Source: Thermoplasmata archaeon (GTDB lineage Archaea > Thermoplasmatota > Thermoplasmata > Sysuiplasmatales > Sysuiplasmataceae). From it: DNA of 64,000 nucleotides. Below are positions 26,914-37,419 of this stretch, piece by piece. Below the pieces are notes generated by a model, which made no database searches, was not told where the DNA came from, and saw nothing but the letters and a program-made list of their open reading frames with translations. Every line of letters begins with the position of its first letter. The stretch's first letter is position 1. The stretch covers positions 65,595 to 129,594 of the forward strand of contig JAJZXY010000004.1 in the NCBI GenBank assembly GCA_021806165.1, written 5' to 3'. Made by a program: the position numbers and the translations under genes.

Positions 26914-27390
26914 ATGCGTATAATGCTTAACGGCTGGGAAACCGGTATACGGTTCGTAGCAGGCCATTTTCTGCCTTCTATCGAGAAGTGCAGCAGACTG
27001 CATGGTCACAACTATGCTGTCCTCATAGAGATTGAGGGTGAGCCCGGACCTGATGGGATAATCATTGATTTCATCAGTGTCAAGGAGGCTGCCCATGCCA
27101 TCGTCCAGAGAATTGATCACAGGATGATACTGCCCTCCTCTGGCGCCTCAATGGAGGTTGCTCTGAAGGAAGGACACTACGCCGTTTCATTCAACGGCAA
27201 AAATTACCTCTTCCCGTCGGGTGACGTTGCGGTCATTCCGGTGGATAATGTCAGTGCCGAAAATCTGTCAAGGTATTTTCTTGCCGAAATAGTCCGCAGC
27301 GGCATCTTCGGTGATAACGTGACGAGGGTGGCCGTGGGTGTAGCCGAAGGAAGGGGGCAGGAAGCATGGTCGGAGGAGATGCTCAAATGA
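26914..27390 (+). CDS. queD: 6-carboxy-5,6,7,8-tetrahydropterin synthase QueD
   Basis: '[11 protein letters not shown]' (Zn-binding CxxHGH) and '[18 protein letters not shown]'. The internal Met at 26914 gives the canonical size. Confidence 0.75.
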   Translation: MRIMLNGWETGIRFVAGHFLPSIEKCSRLHGHNYAVLIEIEGEPGPDGIIIDFISVKEAAHAIVQRIDHRMILPSSGASMEVALKEGHYAVSFNGKNYLFPSGDVAVIPVDNVSAENLSRYFLAEIVRSGIFGDNVTRVAVGVAEGRGQEAWSEEMLK

Positions 27391-28055
27391 GCGGGTCTGT
27401 GCTGCTGCTATCCGGCGGCCTTGACTCAGCGACCGTGGCTGCCGTCCTCAGAAGCAGGGCAGAACACTTCAGGGCAATTACTGTGAATTACGGACAGAGG
27501 CATGCCAGGGAACTGGTTGCGGCGCGTAACATAGCTGCGGAAACTGGTGCGCTTGAACACCTTGTGGTTTCGCTTGACATGTCCGGCATAGGCGGGAGCG
27601 CCCTGACTGACAGGAAAGTCGAGGTTCCGGACGCGGGGGGAGAGGGAATACCTGTCACTTATGTCCCTGCCAGAAACACGGTTTTCCTGTCACTTGCCCT
27701 TGCGTTCGCGGAAGCGAGGGACTGCGACTCCGTCTACATTGGAGCGAATGCTGTAGACTACAGCGGCTATCCCGACTGCAGACCCGAGTATATCGAGGCG
27801 TTCAACACCATGGCCTCGCTGGCGCTGAAGAGGGGAGTGGAGGGTAGACCGGTAGTGATCCGTGCCCCTCTGATAAGGCTGAGCAAGGCCGATATCATTA
27901 GAATGGGAACTGAGGCTGGAGCACCCTATGCACTCAGCTGGAGCTGTTACCGCGGCGGAAAGAAGGCATGCGGCAGGTGCGACTCCTGCAGGCTCAGGCT
28001 AAAGGGGTTCAGTGAGGCTGGACTGGAGGACCCTGTTGAATATGAGAATAAATGA
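27387..28055 (+). CDS. queC: 7-cyano-7-deazaguanine synthase QueC
   Basis: PP-loop '[14 protein letters not shown]' and C-terminal Zn motif '[10 protein letters not shown]'. ATGA overlap with the queD stop. Confidence 0.85.
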   Translation: MSGSVLLLSGGLDSATVAAVLRSRAEHFRAITVNYGQRHARELVAARNIAAETGALEHLVVSLDMSGIGGSALTDRKVEVPDAGGEGIPVTYVPARNTVFLSLALAFAEARDCDSVYIGANAVDYSGYPDCRPEYIEAFNTMASLALKRGVEGRPVVIRAPLIRLSKADIIRMGTEAGAPYALSWSCYRGGKKACGRCDSCRLRLKGFSEAGLEDPVEYENK

Positions 28056-28680
28056 GATTTTCACATCCATACAGGGGGAGGGCGTGTTTATCGGCCTGCC
28101 AACGCTCTTCATAAGGGCCGCCGGTTGCGACCTGAGATGCAGGTGGTGCGATACCCCCTATGCCCTGCTTGACTCGCAGGGGACTGACTGGCCGCTTGAT
28201 GACATAATGGCAGAGGTGCGGAAGAGCGGTGTTGCCAACATTTGCCTGACTGGAGGCGACCCCCTCAGGCAGCCTGATGATTCGGTTGAGCTGATGAAAA
28301 GGCTTACAGCGGCTGGATATTCTGTTGTGCTTGAAACCAGCGGCGCATACGGGCTCGCCGGCGTTCCCAGGAACGAGAGGCTGTTCATAAGCATGGATGT
28401 GAAGATGCCCGGTTCAGGTATGGCTGACAGGAACAAACCTGAGAACCTTGAACTGCTCAGGAGCGGAGACCAGGTAAAATTCATCCTTGCAGGAAGGGAT
28501 GACTATAATTTCGCAAAGGAGTTCCTCAGGGAGCACGCGGTTCCATGCGAAGTCGTATTCACGCCTGCCGGAGGGAGGGACCTTGCGTGGCTTGCTGAAG
28601 CGGTCCTTGCCGATGGTGTGAGAGCGAGGGTTCTGCCGCAGCTGCACAAGTACATCTGGGGCGACGAAAGGGGCAGGTAG
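28042..28680 (+). CDS. queE: 7-carboxy-7-deazaguanine synthase QueE (radical SAM)
   Basis: '[12 protein letters not shown]' and the radical-SAM cluster motif '[12 protein letters not shown]'. Overlaps the queC stop. Confidence 0.8.
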   Translation: MRINEIFTSIQGEGVFIGLPTLFIRAAGCDLRCRWCDTPYALLDSQGTDWPLDDIMAEVRKSGVANICLTGGDPLRQPDDSVELMKRLTAAGYSVVLETSGAYGLAGVPRNERLFISMDVKMPGSGMADRNKPENLELLRSGDQVKFILAGRDDYNFAKEFLREHAVPCEVVFTPAGGRDLAWLAEAVLADGVRARVLPQLHKYIWGDERGR

Positions 28681-28694
28681 CCGCCTGTAATGCA

Positions 28695-29789
28695 TCACTG
28701 TTCCGCGAGAATCTGGTCAAATGTGAAGGCAGAGAATGGTTTCAGACCTATGGCAATCTCGGCCTCCACAGGGGTCAGGAGCGGTTTCTGATACCTGTGA
28801 AAGTCGTCTATCGCTATCCTGGGGCATGCAGTTGAGACAAAGGCATCGAAGGAGTAATAGGAAATCAGGTCCGGCGAGACAAGGTTTGTATGGATGAGGG
28901 TTGCCTTACGCCCGGTTCCTGATATCTCGCTGACAAGAGTGTCGGCCACAGCGCGGCGCCTTTGACCAGGCTTTGAATTCAATATGACGCCGAATGTCCT
29001 GGCATGCATGGCTCTCTCGATGGCCGAAAGCCGCTGCTTGGTTATCCTGTCACGCAGCTCATCAAGCGACCTGACTGTCATGTCGGACGGATTTGCCGCA
29101 ACAAGCTTCCGATCGCTGAGCATCGTCAGCCCCACGGGATGAAAGTCACCGTCACCCACATAGAGAAATGTGTCAACGCTGTCCTCCATCCAGAGCGCCG
29201 ATGTGTAGTCGCATCCAAGGAGCTGTGCGTAATTCCCGAGCCTGCTGTCCCCGCGCGAGGTGCTGACCTCCAGCCCCCTGGCCTTGAGGAATGAAACAAC
29301 ATCTTCGAGTCTGTGAATGTGCTGGGCGGTGGTGACAACGCCAATCTTCCCGTCCAGGATGGGAATTGCCTTTTCAACTACAGGTAGGGGGTCTATATCC
29401 AGGAAAAGATTGGCAAAGTGCATCTTCGGTATGGCACCAATGCTGGGCATTTCAGTATGGCCAAACTGGACAACAAGGTCAGAGAGGGCGAAGAGATGGG
29501 TGGGAATGTCGCATGCGCCAAAGCAGGGTTCGGAGTCTATCATTATCGAAGCGCCAGTAACGGACGCCACCTTTTCCGACACCTCCTTTGCAAATGCACG
29601 CAGCCCTTCAGGAAGCTGGAGAGAAATCCTTGATGCCTTTCTGGCCCTGGCGGACTCGGCAATAGCCCCGAAATCGACCAGGAATTTCGAGCCGTCAACT
29701 ACAGGCTGCAGAACCATCGGATGCCTCCACTTTCGATCGCCCCCTGTTATTAATCTTTTGCGATCTGGTCGCCATGGAAGCGCAAACAA
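28695..29789 (-). CDS. dph2: Diphthamide biosynthesis enzyme Dph2 (2-(3-amino-3-carboxypropyl)histidine synthase)
   Basis: Colinear with archaeal Dph2: 'RISLQLPEGLRAFAKEV', 'EPCFGACD', 'GVVTTAQHIHRLEDVVSFLKARGLEVSTSRGDSRLG', 'LGCDYTSA', 'VSTACPRIAIDD...KPLLTPVEAEIAIG'. The start is probably the internal Met 'MVLQP' (~29717). Confidence 0.85.
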   Translation of the reverse strand: MFALPWRPDRKRLITGGDRKWRHPMVLQPVVDGSKFLVDFGAIAESARARKASRISLQLPEGLRAFAKEVSEKVASVTGASIMIDSEPCFGACDIPTHLFALSDLVVQFGHTEMPSIGAIPKMHFANLFLDIDPLPVVEKAIPILDGKIGVVTTAQHIHRLEDVVSFLKARGLEVSTSRGDSRLGNYAQLLGCDYTSALWMEDSVDTFLYVGDGDFHPVGLTMLSDRKLVAANPSDMTVRSLDELRDRITKQRLSAIERAMHARTFGVILNSKPGQRRRAVADTLVSEISGTGRKATLIHTNLVSPDLISYYSFDAFVSTACPRIAIDDFHRYQKPLLTPVEAEIAIGLKPFSAFTFDQILAEQ

Positions 29790-29845
29790 TAAGAGGGGAT
29801 ATGATATACATCATGTATATCAGAGGGAAAATGCGGGGGCTTAAT

Positions 29846-30214
29846 ATGCTGATCAGAATATCAGAATCCTCAGGGAAACCAATTTACCAGCAGATAAGGG
29901 ACGAAATAGTGGCTGCGATAGCTGCGGGAAGGCTGGAGGAGGGGGCAGTACTCCTCTCCGCAAGAAAGCTGGGGAAGGAGCTTGGAGTAAACTACCATAC
30001 AGTCAACAATGCATATAACCTGCTGTCCAGCGAGGGATTTGTGGTTCTTGACTCGAAGAAGAGGGTCGTTGTCGAACCGCACGAGCTCGTAACGGACGAA
30101 TTCAAGCAGAAGTGGAGGCAGAGTGAAACCATGAAAATAAGGGAGGGACTGGCGCATGGACTGTCCAAGGGGGAACTCAAGCGCCTGTTTGCGAAATTCC
30201 TGGAGGAAGCATAG
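29846..30214 (+). CDS. GntR-family (YtrA-like, short) transcriptional regulator
   Basis: 'MLIRISESSGKPIYQQIRDEIVAAIAAGRLEEGAVLLSARKLGKELGVNYHTVNNAYNLLSSEGFV' is the GntR HTH. The long ORF from 29774 has an implausible N-terminus, so the internal Met was chosen. Confidence 0.65.
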   Translation: MLIRISESSGKPIYQQIRDEIVAAIAAGRLEEGAVLLSARKLGKELGVNYHTVNNAYNLLSSEGFVVLDSKKRVVVEPHELVTDEFKQKWRQSETMKIREGLAHGLSKGELKRLFAKFLEEA

Positions 30215-30241
30215 GAGCACACCGTTACAAGGGGGAGAGGC

Positions 30242-31342
30242 GTGGTATTCAACATTGTCTTCTGGGACAGCCTGATAGTCTGGCTCTTTATCAGTGTTGC
30301 AGAGGCAGTCATGCCGTGGCTGACCCCGAAATCCATACAGTTCGGGGTCAGGATACCACCTGACAAGATAGGCAGCAGCGAGGTTCTTGAACCAAGACGC
30401 TCCTTCGTTATGGTCCAGCTGCTCATTGCGGCCGGTGCGTTCCTTGGCCTGGTACTGCTGCCCCTGATCGAGGGCGTATCCTGGCTGATGACTGCTGCGC
30501 CCGTTGCTGTGCTGGCAGCATCATTCCCAAACTATCTGCGCGTCAGGCGCGGTTTGATCAGGCTGAAGAACAGTGAGGGATGGTTCAGCGGGGTGAGCCA
30601 GCAGACATTTGTGGAGGTGCAGGATGGCGCGGAGCCGAGGGTGAACTTCCTTTACATGCTTCCTGCTGTGGCGGTTCTTCTGCTGACGGTTGTGGTTGGC
30701 GTCGATGTATACCCCTCCCTCCCTTCGATCATACCGGTGCATTTCACTGCTTCCGGGCAGGCAAACGGCTTTGCATCGAAGTCGTCTCCGGAGGCTTTCA
30801 CAGGCATCATAATGCAGGCGGTTCTTCTGGTAATGTTCACAGGCATAGCCGCTGCAGTTGTACGCACGAGAAGATCCATAGAGTCGCACGCACCGTCGAC
30901 TTCACTCTGGCAGCAGAACAGATTCAAGTCAATAGCTGCAAGGATGATGCTCCTCATGTCCTTCTTCATCGGCCTGACGCTTATGCTTTCCCAGTTTTCC
31001 ATCTGGGGTGTCATCCCCAGGGCGGATGCTGCACTGACGGTTATCCCGTCCCTTGTTGGTGTCATCGGCCTTACCATTCCGATGATGCGCGCAGGGCAAT
31101 ACGGCAGCAGGCTGAAACCTTCCGCAAACGAGCAGGGCACCGGCATAGCGAATGTTGATGACGACAGGGTGTGGAAGGCGGGAGCGGTATATTTCAACCG
31201 TGGCGACAGGGCAATACTGGTTCCAAAGCGGTTCGGCGTCGGCTGGACATTCAACTTCGCCAACCCGCTATCCTGGCTCATCCTGGCCGTCATAATTGCA
31301 CTGCCCGTTGTGCTTGTCCTGATTATAAGATTCGTGCACTGA
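30242..31342 (+). CDS. Integral membrane protein (DUF1648/SdpI-like partner of the GntR regulator)
   Basis: 366 aa with ~8 TM helices. Immediately downstream of the GntR gene. Confidence 0.45.
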   Translation: MVFNIVFWDSLIVWLFISVAEAVMPWLTPKSIQFGVRIPPDKIGSSEVLEPRRSFVMVQLLIAAGAFLGLVLLPLIEGVSWLMTAAPVAVLAASFPNYLRVRRGLIRLKNSEGWFSGVSQQTFVEVQDGAEPRVNFLYMLPAVAVLLLTVVVGVDVYPSLPSIIPVHFTASGQANGFASKSSPEAFTGIIMQAVLLVMFTGIAAAVVRTRRSIESHAPSTSLWQQNRFKSIAARMMLLMSFFIGLTLMLSQFSIWGVIPRADAALTVIPSLVGVIGLTIPMMRAGQYGSRLKPSANEQGTGIANVDDDRVWKAGAVYFNRGDRAILVPKRFGVGWTFNFANPLSWLILAVIIALPVVLVLIIRFVH

Positions 31343-31373
31343 ATGCGTCGGTCATGATGCGTGGAACTGGAGG

Positions 31374-32237
31374 TCAGTTCAACTTCCTCCTGGCTACCAC
31401 CAGCAAATAGTCTCCCAGCCTGTTAAGGATGGGGAGACCATTGACACGTTCATCCAGCCTGAGCAGCAACGGGAGCAGGCCGCCCCACCTCTCGAGTCTG
31501 CGGGCAAAGTCGGGGGGAGGAGACAGGACAGGCAGCCCTTTCACCATGACGGTTGAAAACATACCATCGGTAAGCCTGCGGAAGTCATGGACGGAATAGG
31601 ATCTTGTTTCAAGCGAAAACCTGCAGTTACCGCGCGTTGAAAGGCCACGCATCCTCTCCGACAGCCTTCTGCGCCGAAGCTCCATGCCGTACAGCAGCAT
31701 TTCAAACAGGCAGAACCTGTTCCAGAAACCTGCAACCAGCAGTCCTCCAGGCTTCAGAATTGCATGCGCCCCGGAAATGAAATCGCCGATATGCGGTTCC
31801 GAACTGAATGCTCCAAAGGTTGTCACCACCCCGTCAAACAGGCCGCGGTCTTTGCCGATGGAGGCTATTCCTGATGCCCGCCCCCTTGAAACAGAAAGCA
31901 TATACCCCAGGCCTGCCTCTTCCGCCTTGCGGCTGAGCCTTTCAATCATCCTGGATGAAATGTCAACGGCATGAACATGGACGCCACGCTTGAGCATTTC
32001 AATAGTCTCGATGCCCGTCCCGCAGCCCACTTCCAGAACGCGATCACCTTCCCTGAAGAGTGACTCCAGCGTCTTGGTTGAGACGCTTCGAAGGTAACCC
32101 TCAATGATATTCCCTGCGATGGATGCGTCGTATTCCGCGGAGTACCAGTCGAAATTCGCTTCGAGCCTCCTGTAATAACCATCACCCGTGTGTCCGTCAG
32201 GCCATCCGTGCTTTCTCAGCGAATCATGTCCCGGCAT
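31374..32237 (-). CDS. Class I SAM-dependent methyltransferase
   Basis: Motif I 'VLEVGCGTGIETIEM', followed by 'DAVDISS'. 287 aa. Overlaps the GT2 stop by 14 nt. Confidence 0.65.
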   Translation of the reverse strand: MPGHDSLRKHGWPDGHTGDGYYRRLEANFDWYSAEYDASIAGNIIEGYLRSVSTKTLESLFREGDRVLEVGCGTGIETIEMLKRGVHVHAVDISSRMIERLSRKAEEAGLGYMLSVSRGRASGIASIGKDRGLFDGVVTTFGAFSSEPHIGDFISGAHAILKPGGLLVAGFWNRFCLFEMLLYGMELRRRRLSERMRGLSTRGNCRFSLETRSYSVHDFRRLTDGMFSTVMVKGLPVLSPPPDFARRLERWGGLLPLLLRLDERVNGLPILNRLGDYLLVVARRKLN

Positions 32238-33186
32238 CGCCCTTCCCGCCTTGGGGACCGGGGACAGGCCGTCCTGTCCTCTTCAGACCGTAAAGTGTCC
32301 CGGCTATCATGTTGAGCATCAGTAATCGCCGCCTATCTCCTCCGTTGGCAAGATAGGCGGCCGAGTTTGGAAGCACAAACTTCATTGAGCGCAGGAATGC
32401 CTCGGGCCTGAAGAAACGCGCGCCTGGGTGCAGCCTGCGCATCAGCAGATACCAGTCTCCTATTTCCCTTTTCACACGGAACGGATCCTGCATCCCGTGG
32501 CTTGCCCAGAAAGCCTTGCCTCCAGGAAGCTGGACGTCATGGTAGATGAACGAGCCCGTGTCAGCAAGCACATCCCAGCCTGATCTGCGGAAGGTTGCGC
32601 ACAAATAGGCGCTGCTGTTAATGCTGAGAGCCTCGTCAAAGCCTCCTGTTTCCAGAAGTGCGGAACGGCGTACAAGGGAGGCATTAGGAAGGGCGTCAGT
32701 TTGAAGCAGCTTTCCCTCAAGGGAAGGCTGGCGTTTCTTGTTCCTGCCAACGAGTTCATGCGACCACTGTCCTTTCGAGAAAGGAGTAGCGTAGACCCAT
32801 ACAAGCGAGGGATCCCCCTTGTACAGGACGGCTGGCATTATGGCGGCTGCACCAGGGTGGAGAATCATATTCCTGGTCAGGGGGTCGAATGTTTCCCTGC
32901 CAACTATGTTGTCATCATCAATGAAGTAGATGAATTCAGTCGATGCCATCCTCCATCCCAGGTTTTTTGCCCTGGAAATGTAAACACGCCTGTCCAGTTT
33001 CAGGTGCCTCACAGGCGATGAAGACAGGTGCGGCCCAATATCCTGCTTCACCGCTGAATCGTCTACAACTATGACCTCTGACAGGTTTTCCGGAGAGCAC
33101 CTGTCAATGCTGTCAAGCAGCGCGGATAACCGGCCGTAGCGGCTGTGTGTGGGAACAACGATCGTGAACTTGTCAGGTGCAGGCAT
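32224..33186 (-). CDS. Family 2 glycosyltransferase
   Basis: 'FTIVVPTHSRYGRLSALLDSI' (GT-A N-terminus) and the 'DDDN' DxD motif. The internal Met 'MPAPDKF' at 33186 is the likely start. Confidence 0.7.
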   Translation of the reverse strand: MPAPDKFTIVVPTHSRYGRLSALLDSIDRCSPENLSEVIVVDDSAVKQDIGPHLSSSPVRHLKLDRRVYISRAKNLGWRMASTEFIYFIDDDNIVGRETFDPLTRNMILHPGAAAIMPAVLYKGDPSLVWVYATPFSKGQWSHELVGRNKKRQPSLEGKLLQTDALPNASLVRRSALLETGGFDEALSINSSAYLCATFRRSGWDVLADTGSFIYHDVQLPGGKAFWASHGMQDPFRVKREIGDWYLLMRRLHPGARFFRPEAFLRSMKFVLPNSAAYLANGGDRRRLLMLNMIAGTLYGLKRTGRPVPGPQGGKGDAGT

Positions 33187-33622
33187 AGGCAGCCGTCCCT
33201 CTAGGGCGTTCGGTGTAGATAAAGAAATTTTACACCAGCGCAGTTGAGCCTCATGAACCGGCAGGGAATGGACAAGGTTAATACGCATTGCACCCCTTTT
33301 CCTCCCTGAAAGCACCGGAGATGCTGGCATTGCCGCTGAAATTCATCTCGGAGAGGCATACGCTGAAGCTCCTCTTGCACGAGAAGGGAGCCATATTATC
33401 ACTGACAACCAGAACGTACTCCTACCTGTTCTTCTTCTCTAGACGGTTCGTCGGGATGAAGAAGGTTGTAACAGCGGACAGGATAGTTGCGAAGGCGGGG
33501 TATGATGTATACGGGACCCTTGATCTTATCAGCAGCACTTACGGGGCATGAGCGACGGTGCCTAACGCTTTACCAGCAGAATAGGTTAAATCAGGAAACC
33601 TCTTCGGAAGCATGGCGATTGA

Positions 33623-34846
33623 ATGGCAGCAGCGCAGCAGTCGGTGCCGCAGGAGCTATTGTTTGCAGCAAGGCAGTTTGCCAGCTACTACGGTTCACAT
33701 CCGGTCGCTGAAGTCCCTGGATTCAGTTCAAGGGAATTTGGATTCATGTTCTTCGACAGGGGATACGTGCACAGGCATGTGGGCTTCAATGACCGTGCGG
33801 ATTTGCAGAAATACCTTGCAGGCAAAGCTCCCTCGCATGCATACTACTCCACCGCCTATTATGAAATGCCCGCTGCTCACACAATGGCTGAAAAAGGATG
33901 GCTGGGTGCTGACCTGATATTCGACCTGGACGCGGACCATGTGAAAGGGTCCGAAGGCCTTCCCTATGAAAAGATGCTGGCCAGGGTCAAGGAGGAGATG
34001 ATAAGGCTATACGATGATTTCGTCTGCTCGGATCTGGGCTTTAGCGAAAAGGAGACTGAAATCGTGTTCTCCGGCGGCCGCGGATACCACATCCATGTGT
34101 ATGCAGACAGCGTGAGGAAACTGGGCAGCCATGAAAGGAGGGAAATTGTGGACTACATAACAGCCACAGAGCTCGATCTGGGCATCCTCTTCTCATCTAC
34201 AGTTGTGGACGAGGCACGCAGCGGAAGACCGCTGAAGATGACAAAGCTTCCGGAGATTTCCGAGGGTGGCTGGTACGGGAGGGCGAGAAGGGCGATGGAT
34301 TCCCTTCTCCTCGAATTGCAGTCCGTGCCGAAGGAGGAGGCTCTGGCCATGCTGGTGAGCAGCGGAGTGAAGAAGCAGCAGGCTGCGCGCCTGTACTCAG
34401 CACTCTTCGAGGAGGGGAGGAAGGACAGGATTCAGACTGAGAGTGTGCTTGAAGTCCTCACTGACAGGGAGGAGGATATCAGGGCATTCACGGCGCTTGT
34501 CCAGAAGAGGACTGTTCTGACCATGGCAGGGCAGACAGATGAGCCTGTCACAAGCGATACGCACAGGCTTATACGCCTGCCCGGCAGCCTCCACGGGAAG
34601 AGTTCGCTCAAGGTTGTGACTCTGAAGCGTGATGAGCTGACGGATTTTGAACCGCTCAGGGATGCCGTTGCGGACTTTCCCGACCATCCGGTTACAGTCT
34701 ATTCCGAAAAGGCGTTCCTTTCAGAGCCCGTGGGAGGCGAATCAGTGCCTGTGAAAGAGGGTGCCAATGAAATCCCCCTGAGGACTGCGATCTTCCTTAT
34801 TCTGAGGAGGAAGGTAAGGCTTCAGCCTCCAGGGGGGACAGGGTAG
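33623..34846 (+). CDS. priS: DNA primase small (catalytic) subunit PriS
   Basis: Catalytic motifs 'LIFDLDADH' and 'GGRGYHIHV'. 407 aa. Confidence 0.8.
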   Translation: MAAAQQSVPQELLFAARQFASYYGSHPVAEVPGFSSREFGFMFFDRGYVHRHVGFNDRADLQKYLAGKAPSHAYYSTAYYEMPAAHTMAEKGWLGADLIFDLDADHVKGSEGLPYEKMLARVKEEMIRLYDDFVCSDLGFSEKETEIVFSGGRGYHIHVYADSVRKLGSHERREIVDYITATELDLGILFSSTVVDEARSGRPLKMTKLPEISEGGWYGRARRAMDSLLLELQSVPKEEALAMLVSSGVKKQQAARLYSALFEEGRKDRIQTESVLEVLTDREEDIRAFTALVQKRTVLTMAGQTDEPVTSDTHRLIRLPGSLHGKSSLKVVTLKRDELTDFEPLRDAVADFPDHPVTVYSEKAFLSEPVGGESVPVKEGANEIPLRTAIFLILRRKVRLQPPGGTG

Positions 34847-34919
34847 AAGGGCCCTCTTCCCCATGATAATCGTCGGCAAACGTATTTAAAAACCGCAATC
34901 AAATCACGACCCGTATCGA

Positions 34920-35747
34920 ATGAAAGCGATGGAAATTGAAAACGATCCACGCCTGGCGAGAATACTTACCACCAGGGGTCTACTCTTCGGCTTGCAGGGT
35001 GCAGCCATTGCTCTCTTTGCTTTCTACGTGGTTGTATTGAACGGGCTGTCGCTCAGACCGGTTTATTTTCCCATATACAACGCGGTTTTCCTGGGTTCAA
35101 TACTGCTTCTCATAGTCTCAATAGAGAGGATATTCTTCTTCCGGCTGTGCATAGTGTACGGAAAGAGAAGCGGTGCGAAGTTCCTGATAGCAAGGAAGCG
35201 GTTCAGGGGATCTGTCGCACTGATAGCGGTTGCAGCTGTGCTCGCTGCCGTACTGATAGTATTCACATTTACACCCGTGCTTAACATGTCTGGAAACGTC
35301 CACGGCCAGCTGGGCACTGTCGAATTCCAGAGCAGCAACTTACTGGCCCTGAACTCCGTCAGCAGTATTACAATAACCAACACAGGTGCGGGGAACCTGA
35401 CCTTCGCGATTGTTCCCGCCGGGGATTACAATGCCGCGGGGGCCACTAACCAGGAGGCAAATGAGAGCGCGCTGATGCAGGCCAGCATAAACCCCGGGAC
35501 CAACCATGTGACACCGGGCAACAGCGTGACTGTTGACATCTTCCCTACCCTGAACTCCAGGTACTTTGTTGTCATGTTTCCAAGCGGTGGGACGGTAAGC
35601 GCGAGCTACACGCTTGGAATGAAGGCAATGCCATCGCTGATGTATGCGCTTTTCATGGCGGCTGCAGCTGTGCCAGTTTCTGGGTACATGGCGGCATATT
35701 CAAGGTCAAAGATGAAGGAGCTCAGGCCGGCTACGATATTTGCATAG
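34920..35747 (+). CDS. Membrane-anchored protein with a predicted extracytoplasmic domain
   Basis: 3 N-terminal TM helices, a Ser/Thr/Asn-rich domain, then a C-terminal hydrophobic segment. Confidence 0.4.
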   Translation: MKAMEIENDPRLARILTTRGLLFGLQGAAIALFAFYVVVLNGLSLRPVYFPIYNAVFLGSILLLIVSIERIFFFRLCIVYGKRSGAKFLIARKRFRGSVALIAVAAVLAAVLIVFTFTPVLNMSGNVHGQLGTVEFQSSNLLALNSVSSITITNTGAGNLTFAIVPAGDYNAAGATNQEANESALMQASINPGTNHVTPGNSVTVDIFPTLNSRYFVVMFPSGGTVSASYTLGMKAMPSLMYALFMAAAAVPVSGYMAAYSRSKMKELRPATIFA

Positions 35748-35813
35748 ACGGCCCCCTTTGGCTAGAAAACGTTTAATTACAGTTACAGTTAGTCAATGTG
35801 CACCGTGATCACG

Positions 35814-36047
35814 ATGAAAGCGTTCGAAGTAAAGGGTACATTCAAGGTAGGTGACAGAACCTGGCAGAAATTCTCATTGCAGGTTGCCTCTGAGGATGCA
35901 GAGGGAGCGGAGGAAAAGGTCATGACCATTCTGGGCAGCAGACACAGGACGCCCAGGAGATCCATAAACATTGAAGCCGTTGGAGAGATAAGCGGCAAGC
36001 AGATAACGGATGTGGTGGTCAGGCACCAGGTGGGTGCGAAACTTTGA
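35814..36047 (+). CDS. rplX: 50S ribosomal protein LX (L18Ae family)
   Basis: 'MKAFEVKGTFKVGDRTWQKFSLQVASEDAEGAEEKVMTILGSRHR...INIEAVGEI' is 77 aa and sits upstream of prefoldin alpha and ftsY, the conserved archaeal gene order. Confidence 0.6.
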   Translation: MKAFEVKGTFKVGDRTWQKFSLQVASEDAEGAEEKVMTILGSRHRTPRRSINIEAVGEISGKQITDVVVRHQVGAKL

Positions 36048-36469
36048 ATGAGAATGAGCTCAGGCAGACTCTGTCTGTCATGGACAACCTGAAGGAGCAG
36101 ATAGAGAGCCTGTCTGGGCAGCTGCAGCTCATTCAGGATTCGGTAAATGATTTCTCAAGGGCAAAGGAAACAGCAAGGCAGTACACCTCTTCCGCAACCG
36201 ATACTGAGATGATGGTGTCCGTTGGCGGCGGCGTATACCTCCCTGCCAGAATTGTGAATACCGGAAGAGGGCTGGTCTACACCGCGGCAGGATATACTTT
36301 CGAGGAGCCCGTGGACAGAATAGTGGAGATTGTGGACGGCAGGATCAAGGAACTCGTTGACGCCTCCCAGAAAGTCTACCAGCGGATGTCTGAAATGCAG
36401 AACCAGCTTAACACGCTTCAGGCAATGGTGGAGGAAGAGGCAAGGAAGGAGCAGGGACGAGTGGGTTGA
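36044..36469 (+). CDS. pfdA: Prefoldin alpha subunit
   Basis: 141 aa: coiled coil, beta-hairpin, coiled coil ('MMVSVGGGVYLPARIVNTGRGLVYTAAGYTFEE'). Confidence 0.7.
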   Translation: MNENELRQTLSVMDNLKEQIESLSGQLQLIQDSVNDFSRAKETARQYTSSATDTEMMVSVGGGVYLPARIVNTGRGLVYTAAGYTFEEPVDRIVEIVDGRIKELVDASQKVYQRMSEMQNQLNTLQAMVEEEARKEQGRVG

Positions 36470-36472
36470 CAA

Positions 36473-37402
36473 ATGTTTACAGCCCTAAAGAAGAAGCTCG
36501 GACTCCTCAGGAAGAGCGAAGACGGCGAAGCGACCGGACCTATTGGAGAACAGGGAAAGAGGATCAGGGAGGAGAAGCTTGAGGAGATATGCTGGGACCT
36601 TGAGATGGCACTCCTTGAATCTGATGTCGCAGAGCCTGTCGCAGAAACAATCATAGGAGAATTGCGCGAAAACCTCAGGGGGAAGAAGATTGCCAAGGGG
36701 TTCGACCTGGAGGATGAGATCGAAAAATCCCTGAGGGCATCCGTGAAATCCATTCTGTCTGCCAACACAATGGACTTTTACAGTACAGTGACCGCTCCCG
36801 AAAAGCCGGTTGTTATCATGTTCGTTGGAATCAACGGGACGGGCAAGACAACAGTCATTGCCAAACTTGCATCCATGCTGAAGGAGAGGGGCAACACCGT
36901 GGTGATAGCGGCAGGCGATACCTTCAGGGCGGGGGCGATAGAACAGCTCAAGATACATGGCGATGCCCTGGACATCAGGGTTGTTTCACATGAGCACGGG
37001 GGGGATGCTGCCGCTGTGGCCTTCGATGCCGTTGAACACGCGAGGGCAAGGCACAGGGACTTCGTCCTGATTGACACTGCGGGGAGGATGCAGACCAACA
37101 GCAATCTCATGGACGAGATGAAGAAGATCAGGCGCGTTGCGGACCCGCGTTTTGTTGTTTTTGTAGGCGACTCGCTCGCAGGGAACGACATGGTGGAGCA
37201 GGCGAAATCGTTTGATCAGGCAGTTGGCATAGACATGGTTGTCCTGACAAAGATCGATGCGGATGCGAAGGGGGGAAGCGCACTTTCAATCGCCAAGACC
37301 GTGGGGAAGCCGATAGTATTCCTTGGAACGGGCCAGAAGTACGGCGATCTGGTGCCCTTTGATCCCGACTGGATGGCTCAGAGGCTCATTTCGGCGGCCT
37401 GA
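36473..37402 (+). CDS. ftsY: Signal recognition particle receptor FtsY
   Basis: NG domain: 'VIMFVGINGTGKTTVIAKLA', 'DTFRAGAIEQL', 'LIDTAGR', 'TKIDADAKGG'. Confidence 0.85.
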   Translation: MFTALKKKLGLLRKSEDGEATGPIGEQGKRIREEKLEEICWDLEMALLESDVAEPVAETIIGELRENLRGKKIAKGFDLEDEIEKSLRASVKSILSANTMDFYSTVTAPEKPVVIMFVGINGTGKTTVIAKLASMLKERGNTVVIAAGDTFRAGAIEQLKIHGDALDIRVVSHEHGGDAAAVAFDAVEHARARHRDFVLIDTAGRMQTNSNLMDEMKKIRRVADPRFVVFVGDSLAGNDMVEQAKSFDQAVGIDMVVLTKIDADAKGGSALSIAKTVGKPIVFLGTGQKYGDLVPFDPDWMAQRLISAA

Positions 37403-37419
37403 ACGGGCTCTGCATGGCA

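Noticed and set aside
30580-31293. Plus (192 aa) and minus (213 aa) ORFs overlapping the DUF1648-like membrane protein gene
   Set aside because: Overlapping alternative-frame ORFs in a GC-rich gene. The membrane-protein frame has consistent hydrophobic helices.
33288-33620. Intergenic region upstream of priS, considered as a possible tRNA or sRNA because of its length (~290 nt)
   Set aside because: No cloverleaf-compatible stems and no T-loop (GTTCRA) or anticodon-arm pattern. It contains only weak small ORFs (e.g. MKKVVTADRIVAKAGYDVYGTLDLISSTYGA) of uncertain reality.
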